From NCBI GenBank assembly GCA_031291955.1, contig JARLIA010000001.1:5300-69299 (forward strand): 64,000 nucleotides of DNA, in the 5' to 3' direction. The notes under the pieces are model-generated. The model had not been told where the DNA came from. It did not search any database and saw only the letters and a program-made list of their open reading frames with translations. The position numbers and the translations under genes are program-made. This stretch comes from Minisyncoccota bacterium. Its GTDB lineage: Bacteria; Patescibacteriota; Minisyncoccia; Moranbacterales; UBA2206. Shown in pieces: positions 1-8,458 of this stretch (the first letter of the stretch is position 1; each line of letters starts with the position of its first letter).

Positions 1-2
1 GC

Positions 3-107
3 GCCAAAGCGCAAGACATCATGATGCTGGCAAGCTATATCAAAATGAAAGTGCGGGACGAGCTGGGCGTGCAATTGAAAGAGGAAATACAATACGTAGG
101 ATTTTAG
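3..107 (+). CDS. murB: UDP-N-acetylmuramate dehydrogenase, C-terminal fragment (truncated by window edge)
   Basis: Own translation AKAQDIMMLASYIKMKVRDELGVQLKEEIQYVGF* resembles the MurB C-terminus (A.A.D+..L...+...V....G+.L..E+). Confidence 0.7.
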   Translation, partial: AKAQDIMMLASYIKMKVRDELGVQLKEEIQYVGF

Positions 108-134
108 CAATTTAAAAAGCTTAAATAAATCTCT

Positions 135-509
135 ATGGAAAAAGAAAAAGTGCTTAACTTGCGTCTCTTCGCGAAAAACGTGACGCTTGACGACCGGGCC
201 AAGGACTATGTTGTCAAAAGAATCCAGAAGATGGAGAAATTTTTGAAAAAGTCGCTGGAATATGAAGTGGAGGTGAGCGTGGACAAGAAAGGCCAGTTCC
301 GAATCGAAATGATGATTGAGACGCCGTATAAGCTTTATCGCACGACTGAGACGTCCAAATCCATTGAAGGATCGATTGACATGGCGGTTGATCAGATGCA
401 GCGCCAGATTGTCCGCGACATCGACCGCATTCGCGATCTCAAACAGCGCGGCGCCCGTTCTATTAAGAAAAAGTTGGTGCTGGACGGGAAATCCAGATTT
501 AGGGCTTAG
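135..509 (+). CDS. hpf: Ribosome hibernation promoting factor / RaiA (short HPF)
   Basis: KNVTLD..KDYV.KR+.K+EKF and SID.AVD.+.RQ+ pattern; located upstream of secA. Confidence 0.8.
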   Translation: MEKEKVLNLRLFAKNVTLDDRAKDYVVKRIQKMEKFLKKSLEYEVEVSVDKKGQFRIEMMIETPYKLYRTTETSKSIEGSIDMAVDQMQRQIVRDIDRIRDLKQRGARSIKKKLVLDGKSRFRA

Positions 510-531
510 TATCTATTTTTAAAGTTTGTAT

Positions 532-1314
532 ATGATGAGTCAGCGTAACGGCATAATTTTTGCCTTGGCTTTGGTGTTTTTGATCGGCGGCTTCGCCTAT
601 TTTATGGCATCCGAAGAAAAAACAACGCTTCAGCAAAGTTCTCCGGAGAATATTTTAGCCGCCGTTCCCGTTCCGTCCGGCGCGTCCGCGACTGCCGCTA
701 CTTCTCCGATGGCCGCGAATCAGCCGGCGGCCGAAAGTCTCAGTGCGCAGCCTCAAGTCGAAGCGCAAGCCCCGGTTTCTTCTCCAATGCCGACTTCTTC
801 GACAACTCATGATTCGTCCAGTCAAAACGATCCTGCCCCCGTGAATGATTCTTCTTTGACTCCTGACACTTCTTCCTGGCAAGATTGGAAAAGCGCGCCG
901 TTTGGAGCGGAAATGAAATACCCGCCGGGTTATTCCGCCTCGGAAGATTCCCGCGATGTTACATTTACTAAAGATGCTGTCACTTGGAAAATTCGTTTCT
1001 ACAGCAACAAAGACAAAAGCAGTTTTGAAACTTGGTACACCGGATATTTTCCGGCCAAAGACAATAACGCTTGCAATTTCGCGGCGGGAACATTGAAAGT
1101 TGGGACACTTTCGATCGATAAGGTAACTCTGAATTCCGCCGCTACGATGACCGCTGGATCTTTTCCCAAATGCGACGCGGCCGGTGATTACGCGATCGGC
1201 ACGGACCTTAGCCAGGTTGCGCGAGTTTATACCGACAAGGCCTCTTCAGATATGACCACAGTCAATCAGATGCTAGGAACATTCCAATTTAACACAAGTA
1301 ACAGTGGAACATAA
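532..1314 (+). CDS. Membrane-anchored exported protein with Ser/Pro/Ala linker and PsbP-like C-terminal domain
   Basis: N-terminal TM helix, low-complexity linker, WQDWKSAPFGAEMKYP motif, two Cys. Confidence 0.6.
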   Translation: MMSQRNGIIFALALVFLIGGFAYFMASEEKTTLQQSSPENILAAVPVPSGASATAATSPMAANQPAAESLSAQPQVEAQAPVSSPMPTSSTTHDSSSQNDPAPVNDSSLTPDTSSWQDWKSAPFGAEMKYPPGYSASEDSRDVTFTKDAVTWKIRFYSNKDKSSFETWYTGYFPAKDNNACNFAAGTLKVGTLSIDKVTLNSAATMTAGSFPKCDAAGDYAIGTDLSQVARVYTDKASSDMTTVNQMLGTFQFNTSNSGT

Positions 1315-1344
1315 AATATTTGACGAAGTTAATTAATTTAAGAT

Positions 1345-1365
1345 AAGCGGGTAGTCCGTTTTTTT
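1345..1365 (+). terminator. Possible intrinsic terminator
   Basis: AAGCGGG-TAG-TCCGTTT hairpin followed by a T run. Confidence 0.4.
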
Positions 1366-1488
1366 GTTTCATTGTGGACAAAACACTTTCAGCAGTGTAA
1401 GATATTAAGGTAAATTAAAGTATATTTATAGCAGACCGGCGGCTTGTTTAGGTGCTGGTTGTGATTAATTTTGAATTTTAAACTGCAA

Positions 1489-1516
1489 CTTTGCATTTTG
1501 CACTTTGCATTTTGAA
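1489..1516. repeat. Heptamer tandem repeat (YTTTGCA)x4, imperfect
   Basis: ctttgca ttttgca ctttgca ttttgaa just upstream of secA. Confidence 0.7.
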
Positions 1517-1525
1517 CTGTTTTAT

Positions 1526-4201
1526 ATGTCCATACTCAAGAAAATGTTCGGTTCAAATGAACGGGAAATCGCAAAAATCCGGCCGATTGTGGAAAAAATC
1601 AATAGTTTGGAGTCGGAAATGGAAAAATTGACCGACGAGCAATTGAAGGCGAAAACAGATGAATTTAAGGAGCGGCTGAAAAAAGGCGAAACGGAAGACG
1701 ACATCTTACCGGAAGCGTATGCCGTTATGCGGGAAGCCGTGAAAAGAGCTGATGGCAAAAGGCTTTTTGATGTGCAGATGATCGGCGGAATAGTTTTGCA
1801 TCAAGGCAAGATTGCCGAGATGAAAACCGGGGAAGGTAAAACACACACAGCCTTGTTGCCGATGTACCTCAATGCTTTGTCTGGAAAAGGAGTTCATTTG
1901 GTGACTGTCAACGACTATTTGGCTAAACGTGACTGCAACTGGATGGGATCAATTCTCCATTTCTTGGGAATTTCCACGGCGTGCATTATTCACGACACTT
2001 CCTACATCTACACTCCGCAAATCATTGACAGCAACGAAGTGAGTGTTGAAATGGAAAATCTCCGGGAAGTCAGTCGGCGGGAAGCCTACGCGGCCGACAT
2101 TACCTATGGAACCAACAATGAATTCGGTTTTGACTATCTGCGCGACAACATGGTCCAGACGGTTGAGCAAATGGTTCAGCGCGATCCGCACTATGCCATC
2201 GTTGACGAAGTCGACTCAATTCTGATCGACGAAGCCCGGACGCCGCTCATTATTTCGGCGCCGGACGCGGAATCGACCAAGATGTATCAGCAGTTCGCCG
2301 CTCTCGTGCCGCGTCTCAAAAAAGACGAGGATTATGAAGTGGACGAAAAGATGAAAGCAGTTTCTATTTCCGATTCCGGCATCAACAAAATCGAGAACTG
2401 GCTGGGGATGAAAAATATCTACGAACCGGGAAAAATCAACTACGTCCATCACTTGGAACAAGCCTTGAAAGCGCAAATAATTTTTCAACGTGACCGCGAC
2501 TATGTGGTGAAGGACGATGAAGTCATCATTGTTGACGACTTCACCGGGCGCTTGATGCCGGGGCGCCGTTATTCAGAGGGTCTTCATCAGGCTATTGAAG
2601 CCAAGGAAGGCGTGCGGGTCCAGAAAGAATCGCGGACGCTGGCCACCATCACTTTTCAAAACTATTTCCGCCTCTATGATAAGCTGGCTGGCATGACCGG
2701 AACCGCTTCTACATCGGCCGAGGAATTCGCCAAGGTTTATGAAATTGACGTCATGGAAATTCCAACCAACAAACCCTTGGTCCGGAAAGATCTGTCAGAT
2801 ATCGTTTATAAAACAGAAAAAGGGAAATTTGACGCTATTGTGGAAAAAATCAAGGAAATAAACGCGACCGGTCAGCCGGTCTTGGTTGGCACGATCGCTA
2901 TTGAAAAATCGGAATATTTGAGCGCGCTCCTGACACGCTTCGGCATTGAGCATGACGTTTTGAACGCCAAACAGCATGAAAAAGAGGCCAACATCATCGT
3001 TTCTGCCGGTCAGCGCGGCGCGGTGACAATTGCCACTAACATGGCCGGCCGCGGTACCGATATCAAGCTCGGCGAAGGCGTAAAAGAAGTTGGCGGACTC
3101 TTTATTCTTGGCACCGAGCGTCACGAAGCGCGCCGGATTGACAACCAGTTGCGCGGACGGGCCGGCCGGCAAGGTGATCCGGGTGCCTCTCAGTTTTATG
3201 TCTCGCTTGAAGACGAACTGATGCGTCGGTTCGGCGGCGACAAACTGAAAAACATGATGGATACTTTGGGTCTCCCGGAAGACCAGCCGATCCAGAACGG
3301 AATCATTTCCAGAACGATTGAGAATGCTCAGCAAAAAATCGAGGGTTTCAATTTCGACACCCGAAAGCACGTTTTGGATTATGATGACGTCATGAACAAA
3401 CAGCGGGAAGTTGTCTACAAGAAACGGAAAGAGATTCTGCTTATGAAGGACGCCAAGAGTGAGATGCTAAACTACATCACCGACGAGATCGAGCGCATGG
3501 TTGGTTTTCATGGCGCCGGCGAGGAAGGCGAGTGGGACATTGATGGACTTTTCGAAGGAATAAAAAATTTCTTCCCGGTGGATAATGCCGTTAAAAACAA
3601 ACTGGAGGTGATTAAAAATGATAACGCCAGGAACCAGGCCGAAAAGAATGGAGATATGACGGAATATCTGACGGGCATCGCCAAGGAAGTTTACAACAGA
3701 AAAGAGCAGGAAATTGGGACGGATATGATGCGAAACATCGAGCGGGCCATCATTCTGCAGACGATTGACGCCAAGTGGATGGACCATTTGGATGAGATCG
3801 ACTATTTCCGGGAAGGCGTCGGGCTGCGCGGTTATGGCCAACGCGATCCTTTGATCGAATACAAACGCGAAGCTTATTTGATGTTTTCGCATCTCATGGA
3901 TAGCATTCATTCAGCCATCGTTCATACGATTTTTAGGATTTCTCCGATGCCCCAGGCGGCCATCAGCCAACACACGCCAGAAACGGTTTCGGCCAATCTG
4001 AATTATTCCGGCGGGGGAGAAGTCCAGCAATTCTCCGCCTACGCTAACGCTTCGGCGGACAAGGGCGCTCAGGAAAGAGAGATAGGAGATAAGAAAGAAG
4101 AGAAGAAGCAAGAGCCGATTCTCAATAAAAACAAAGTCGGAAGGAATGATCCCTGTCCGTGTGGAAGCGGGAAGAAATATAAGCGCTGCTGCGGCGCTTG
4201 A
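1526..4201 (+). CDS. secA: Preprotein translocase ATPase SecA
   Basis: [42 protein letters not shown]-terminal [22 protein letters not shown]; ATG 1526 preferred over TTG 1505. Confidence 0.99.
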   Translation: MSILKKMFGSNEREIAKIRPIVEKINSLESEMEKLTDEQLKAKTDEFKERLKKGETEDDILPEAYAVMREAVKRADGKRLFDVQMIGGIVLHQGKIAEMKTGEGKTHTALLPMYLNALSGKGVHLVTVNDYLAKRDCNWMGSILHFLGISTACIIHDTSYIYTPQIIDSNEVSVEMENLREVSRREAYAADITYGTNNEFGFDYLRDNMVQTVEQMVQRDPHYAIVDEVDSILIDEARTPLIISAPDAESTKMYQQFAALVPRLKKDEDYEVDEKMKAVSISDSGINKIENWLGMKNIYEPGKINYVHHLEQALKAQIIFQRDRDYVVKDDEVIIVDDFTGRLMPGRRYSEGLHQAIEAKEGVRVQKESRTLATITFQNYFRLYDKLAGMTGTASTSAEEFAKVYEIDVMEIPTNKPLVRKDLSDIVYKTEKGKFDAIVEKIKEINATGQPVLVGTIAIEKSEYLSALLTRFGIEHDVLNAKQHEKEANIIVSAGQRGAVTIATNMAGRGTDIKLGEGVKEVGGLFILGTERHEARRIDNQLRGRAGRQGDPGASQFYVSLEDELMRRFGGDKLKNMMDTLGLPEDQPIQNGIISRTIENAQQKIEGFNFDTRKHVLDYDDVMNKQREVVYKKRKEILLMKDAKSEMLNYITDEIERMVGFHGAGEEGEWDIDGLFEGIKNFFPVDNAVKNKLEVIKNDNARNQAEKNGDMTEYLTGIAKEVYNRKEQEIGTDMMRNIERAIILQTIDAKWMDHLDEIDYFREGVGLRGYGQRDPLIEYKREAYLMFSHLMDSIHSAIVHTIFRISPMPQAAISQHTPETVSANLNYSGGGEVQQFSAYANASADKGAQEREIGDKKEEKKQEPILNKNKVGRNDPCPCGSGKKYKRCCGA
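4034..4063 (+). repeat. Short hairpin repeat translated in frame within secA ([10 protein letters not shown])
   Basis: TCCGCC-TAC-GCTAACGC-TTC-GGCGGA-CAAG; same architecture as 14599-14629. Confidence 0.55.
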
Positions 4202-4259
4202 AATTGCTAGCGAGCCCCGCAAGTGAAAGGTTGCTTTCATTTGGGGCGAGCGACGCAAT
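4202..4259. other. Long imperfect hairpin between secA and secD
   Basis: AATTGC..GCCCC.CAAGTGAAAG-GTTG-CTTTCATTT-GGGGC..GCAATT. Confidence 0.5.
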
Positions 4260-4289
4260 TTCAAGAAGTGTTGTGGGAAGTAGAAAATG

Positions 4290-4317
4290 TTGCATTCCGG
4301 GAAAATTCGTGTAGAAT
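4290..4317 (+). promoter_or_regulatory. sigma70-like promoter for secD (likely leaderless)
   Basis: TTGCAT-16-TAGAAT, ATG 7 nt downstream. Confidence 0.5.
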
Positions 4318-4324
4318 ACAAGTT

Positions 4325-6028
4325 ATGAATTTAAAGAAGAGATTACGATATAAATTCGCGGGGGTGATTGTGCTGGCGGTTGTGGCCGGACTGATTGCTT
4401 ATCCTAAGGCGGTCGCCAAAATCCCGCCGGTTTACAATGCCCTCAACAAACTCAAAATAAACCTGGGACTGGACCTCCAGGGCGGTTTTCGTTTGGAATA
4501 TAATGCTGATCTGTCCCAGATCGATTCTGCCAAAAGAGCCGAAGCTATGCAGTCTCTCCAGGCGGCCATCGAACGGCGGGTGAATGCCTTCGGAGTGTCT
4601 GAACCGAATGTTTCCATTGCCCGTTCCGGATCAGAAGAACATCTGATTGTGGAGCTGGCCGGCGTCCGAAATGTTGAACAGGCTAAATCGATTATCAAAA
4701 GCGCGCCGCTTTTGGAATTCAAGACGGAAAAAATCGACACTCCAAATCAGATTCCGCAGACCCAGCTGGATGCCGAGAATAAAGCCGCTCAGGCTGAGGC
4801 GGACAACGTTTTGCAACTTGCCGAAAAACCTGGTGCTGATTTCGCGGCACTCGCCAAACAGTACAGCCAAGATCCAGGCTCCAAAGACAACGGTGGCGAT
4901 CTGGGTGAAGTGACCAAGGGTGAAATGGTGCCGGAGTTTGACAACGCTCTTTTTGATTCCAATCCAAAAGATTGGAACGGGGACATTTATGGCAAAGTAG
5001 TCGAATCGCAATTTGGCTGGCACATTATCAAAAAAATTTCCGCCAACGGAAGCGGCGCGACAGAAAAAATCCACGCCGCTCATATCTTACTGGCTAAAGC
5101 GACCCAGCCACAGCCGCAGGTTTCCTATGTCTCAACGGGTCTCACCGGTAAAAATTTGCAAAACGCCAAAGTTGATTTTTCCGGGCAAGATTTAGGCGGG
5201 GTGCAGATCGCTTTGCAATTCGATTCCCAGGGCGCTCAGCTATTTGATCAGATAACCAAAAACAACATTGGGAAACCGCTGGCCATATTTCTGGACGGCC
5301 AAATGATTGAGGCGCCGAACATCAAAACGGAAATTCCGAACGGCCAGGCAGTCATTACCGGCAGTTTCACGCTCGACCAGGCTAAGCAAGTGGTTCAGAA
5401 TTTGAACGAAGGCGCTTTGCCAGTGCCAATTACCTTGGTCTCTCAGGAATCGGTCGCGGCGACACTTGGTCAAACTTCTCTCACCACGGCTCTCAAGGCT
5501 GGCATAATCGGACTCATCATCGTCTTGATTTTTATGATCGTCTATTATCGCTATTTGGGACTGATCGCTTCTTTGGGACTTTTGATTTATACGGTGCTCA
5601 TGGTTTCAATTTTCAAGCTCTCACCGCTCACGCCTTGGGGGGTCACTTTCACTCTCTCCGGTATTGCCGGTCTAATTCTTTCGATCGGAATGGCGGTGGA
5701 TGCCAATGTCCTGATTTTTGAACGGACCAAAGAAGAGCTCCGGGCTGGCCGGAAGCTAAACAGTGCGGTGAATGAAGGTTTTAAACGGGCATGGCCGTCC
5801 ATCCGGGATGGAAATTTTTCTACTCTTCTCACTTCGCTCATTTTGATCTGGGTGGGAACCGGTTTTGTCAAAGGTTTTGCCATTATTCTGATTATCGGTG
5901 TGGTGGTTTCTATGTTCACGGCCATTGTTTTGGTGAAAATTATTCTGCAATTCACGCTCGGAGCGTGGGCGGAGAAAAGGATGTGGTTGATCGCGCGAGT
6001 TAAAAATTCTAAAGAAGAAAAAGTATAA
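4325..6028 (+). CDS. secD: Protein translocase subunit SecD with inserted parvulin-type PPIase domain
   Basis: LGLDLQGG, IERRVNAFGVSEP, IGMAVDANVLIFER; insert FAALAKQYSQDPGSKDNGGDLG...FGWHII. Confidence 0.97.
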   Translation: MNLKKRLRYKFAGVIVLAVVAGLIAYPKAVAKIPPVYNALNKLKINLGLDLQGGFRLEYNADLSQIDSAKRAEAMQSLQAAIERRVNAFGVSEPNVSIARSGSEEHLIVELAGVRNVEQAKSIIKSAPLLEFKTEKIDTPNQIPQTQLDAENKAAQAEADNVLQLAEKPGADFAALAKQYSQDPGSKDNGGDLGEVTKGEMVPEFDNALFDSNPKDWNGDIYGKVVESQFGWHIIKKISANGSGATEKIHAAHILLAKATQPQPQVSYVSTGLTGKNLQNAKVDFSGQDLGGVQIALQFDSQGAQLFDQITKNNIGKPLAIFLDGQMIEAPNIKTEIPNGQAVITGSFTLDQAKQVVQNLNEGALPVPITLVSQESVAATLGQTSLTTALKAGIIGLIIVLIFMIVYYRYLGLIASLGLLIYTVLMVSIFKLSPLTPWGVTFTLSGIAGLILSIGMAVDANVLIFERTKEELRAGRKLNSAVNEGFKRAWPSIRDGNFSTLLTSLILIWVGTGFVKGFAIILIIGVVVSMFTAIVLVKIILQFTLGAWAEKRMWLIARVKNSKEEKV

Positions 6029-6030
6029 GA

Positions 6031-6110
6031 CATATTAACATATTAACATCTTAGCATTTTAACAAAAAACGAGAATGATAATATGCTAATATGTTGAAAT
6101 GTTAAAATGA
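6031..6110. repeat. Two facing octamer tandem arrays (CATATTAA-like and its reverse complement)
   Basis: catattaa catattaa catcttag cattttaa ... taatatgc taatatgt tgaaatgt taaaatga. Confidence 0.6.
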
Positions 6111-7012
6111 CCATGATGAAAATAATCAACAAACGAAAATATTTCTACGTTTTTTCCGGGACGCTGTTTGTGGCGAGTCTGGTGCTTTTAGCCGTGTGGG
6201 GTTTGCGTTTCGGCATTGATTTCACTGGCGGAACGGAAATGGATGTGGCTTTTTCCAAAACCGCACCGACTGTTGCCCAAATGAGCGGAGCGCTCAAGGA
6301 CCTGAAACTCGATGGGTTGACCATTCAGCCGGCCAGCAATAATCAAGCGATGTTGCAATATATGAGTTCCAGTGACGAGACTAACGCGCAAGTTTTCGCA
6401 GCCGTCCAAAAATTGGATCCGAACGTCAAACAATTGAGCGTGGATTTCATCGGTTCATCTGTTTCCGCCCAGCTCAAATCCAGCGCCGTCTGGGCCATCA
6501 TTTTGTCTGTTATTGGTATCGCCCTTTATATCGCCTGGGCTTTTCGGAAAGTTTCCCGCCCGGTCGCTTCCTGGAAATATGGAACGGGCGCGGTCATTGC
6601 GCTCGCGCACGATATCACAATTACCACCGGCGTCTTCGTTGTTCTCGGACATTTTTATGGCATTGAAGTCGGTGTGCCGTTCATTGCTGCTCTCCTCACT
6701 ATTTTGGGCTATTCCGTCAACGACACGATCGTGGTCTTTGACCGGACTCGCGAAAATTTGCTCCGCTCCAGCGGGAAAGAAGATTTTGAAGATGTGGTTG
6801 ACCGGTCGCTGAATCAAACCTTGGCCCGTTCCATCAACACTTCCATGACGGTGATCTTGGTCCTTTTCGCCCTCACTCTTTTCGGTGGCGCTTCCATTCA
6901 TGATTTTTCCCTGGCGCTTCTCATTGGCGTGACGTTTGGAACGTATTCGTCCATTTATGTCGCGTCGGCCTTGCTGGTGACGATATATAAGTTTCAGGTA
7001 AAGAAAGCTTAA
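6107..7012 (+). CDS. secF: Protein translocase subunit SecF
   Basis: FGIDFTGG, GYSVNDTIVVFDR.RE, RSINTS, GTYSSIYVA; start may be 6113 or 6116. Confidence 0.97.
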   Translation: MTMMKIINKRKYFYVFSGTLFVASLVLLAVWGLRFGIDFTGGTEMDVAFSKTAPTVAQMSGALKDLKLDGLTIQPASNNQAMLQYMSSSDETNAQVFAAVQKLDPNVKQLSVDFIGSSVSAQLKSSAVWAIILSVIGIALYIAWAFRKVSRPVASWKYGTGAVIALAHDITITTGVFVVLGHFYGIEVGVPFIAALLTILGYSVNDTIVVFDRTRENLLRSSGKEDFEDVVDRSLNQTLARSINTSMTVILVLFALTLFGGASIHDFSLALLIGVTFGTYSSIYVASALLVTIYKFQVKKA

Positions 7013-7023
7013 TAAATTTTTTT

Positions 7024-7359
7024 ATGTTCAATCTATTTAAAAAAAATAAACTTGCTAGTGATAATACTCCATCCGATAGTAACCAACCTGTGTCAGTGTT
7101 CGCCACGCCACCCAAAAGTGATGATGGAAAATCAAGCGTCAAGGATAAGGTCATGGGCGTCGGCATGAATATGATGCAAAAAGTTGCCATGAAAAAGTTG
7201 GCCAAGATGAGTCCGCAGGAACAAGCCAAGATGATGCAGGATATGATGAAACCCGAAAATAAAGGCCAGCTCTTGTCCGCCATGGAGATGATGAGAAAAA
7301 GCGGCCAGATTACGGAACAGCAATATCAAGAAGCGAAGAAAAGACTGGGCATATTATGA
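7024..7359 (+). CDS. Hypothetical Met/Gln/Lys-rich helical protein
   Basis: 111-aa ORF 11 bp after secF; C-terminal SGQITEQQYQEAKKRL is SHOCT-like. Confidence 0.65.
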   Translation: MFNLFKKNKLASDNTPSDSNQPVSVFATPPKSDDGKSSVKDKVMGVGMNMMQKVAMKKLAKMSPQEQAKMMQDMMKPENKGQLLSAMEMMRKSGQITEQQYQEAKKRLGIL

Positions 7360-7401
7360 TAAAAATAAATAACTTGAAGATAAACGGGCCAATCACCCGT
7401 T

Positions 7402-7430
7402 TTGACTTTTTTGGGCTTTAAATATAGAAT
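7402..7430 (+). promoter_or_regulatory. sigma70-like promoter for pheST (likely leaderless)
   Basis: TTGACT-17-TAGAAT, ATG 6 nt downstream. Confidence 0.65.
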
Positions 7431-7436
7431 AAAGTT

Positions 7437-8453
7437 ATGCTGGAACATAAAATTAATGACATTAAAAAGCAAGTTCAAAGCGATGTTTTGGAAATAAAAA
7501 ACGGCGCGGAGCTTTTTGAGCTGGAAAAAAAATATCTGGGCCGGAAAAGCGAATTTACCAATATTTTAAAAAACCTGAAAGACTTGTCGCCCGAAGAGCG
7601 GAAAAAGGTTGGCGAGCTGGCCAATCGAACCAAGCGGGAAATTGAAAAAATTATTGCAACCAAAAAACAAGAGCTGGACGGCGCGGTTGATTTGGAAAAA
7701 GAAAGAATTGACGTAACGCTGCCTGGAGCGCGCCGCGGCGTGGGGCATTTGAATCCTATTTCGATAGTCAGAAACGAAATTGAAGACATTTTCACTTCGA
7801 TGGGTTTTGAAATCGCCGACGGTCCGGAAGTGGAAACGGAATTTTATAATTTCGACGCTTTAAATATTCCGGCCGATCATCCGGCCCGCGATATGCAAGA
7901 TACATTTTTTTTGAAAGATGACAAATTGGCGATGCGCAGCCAAACTTCGGCCATGCAGGCCAGGTTCATGCAGAAACACAAGCCGCCGTTTCGCATTATC
8001 GCGCCGGGAAAGGTTTTCAGAAACGAAGCCACCGACGCCACTCACGAACACACTTTCTATCAATTTGAAGCTTTGGTAGTCGGGGAGAACACCAACGTCG
8101 GCAATTTGAAACACATCGCCGAAGTTTTCTTTTCCGAATTTTTCCGGACCGATGTCAAAGTGAGACTCCGCCCCAGCTATTTTCCTTTCACGGAACCGAG
8201 TTTTGAATTCGACATCACTTGCACAATGTGCGGCGGAGTTGGTTGCAAGGGTTGTCGGGGCGGAGGGTGGCTTGAACTGGGCGGCGCCGGCATGGTCAAC
8301 CAGAATGTTTTCACGGCGGCCGGTTATCCGCGGAATAAATATCAAGGTTTCGCCTGGGGATTTGGGTTTGAGAGGCTGGCGATGATGAAATACAAAATCG
8401 ACGAAGTGCGATTGTTCCATGGCGGTGATTTACGTTTTGTAAAACAGTTTTAA
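7437..8453 (+). CDS. pheS: Phenylalanine--tRNA ligase alpha subunit
   Basis: HPARDMQDTF, FPFTEPS.E, CxxCxxxGCxxC, GFAWGFG.ER. Confidence 0.99.
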   Translation: MLEHKINDIKKQVQSDVLEIKNGAELFELEKKYLGRKSEFTNILKNLKDLSPEERKKVGELANRTKREIEKIIATKKQELDGAVDLEKERIDVTLPGARRGVGHLNPISIVRNEIEDIFTSMGFEIADGPEVETEFYNFDALNIPADHPARDMQDTFFLKDDKLAMRSQTSAMQARFMQKHKPPFRIIAPGKVFRNEATDATHEHTFYQFEALVVGENTNVGNLKHIAEVFFSEFFRTDVKVRLRPSYFPFTEPSFEFDITCTMCGGVGCKGCRGGGWLELGGAGMVNQNVFTAAGYPRNKYQGFAWGFGFERLAMMKYKIDEVRLFHGGDLRFVKQF

Positions 8454-8458
8454 CTTAT

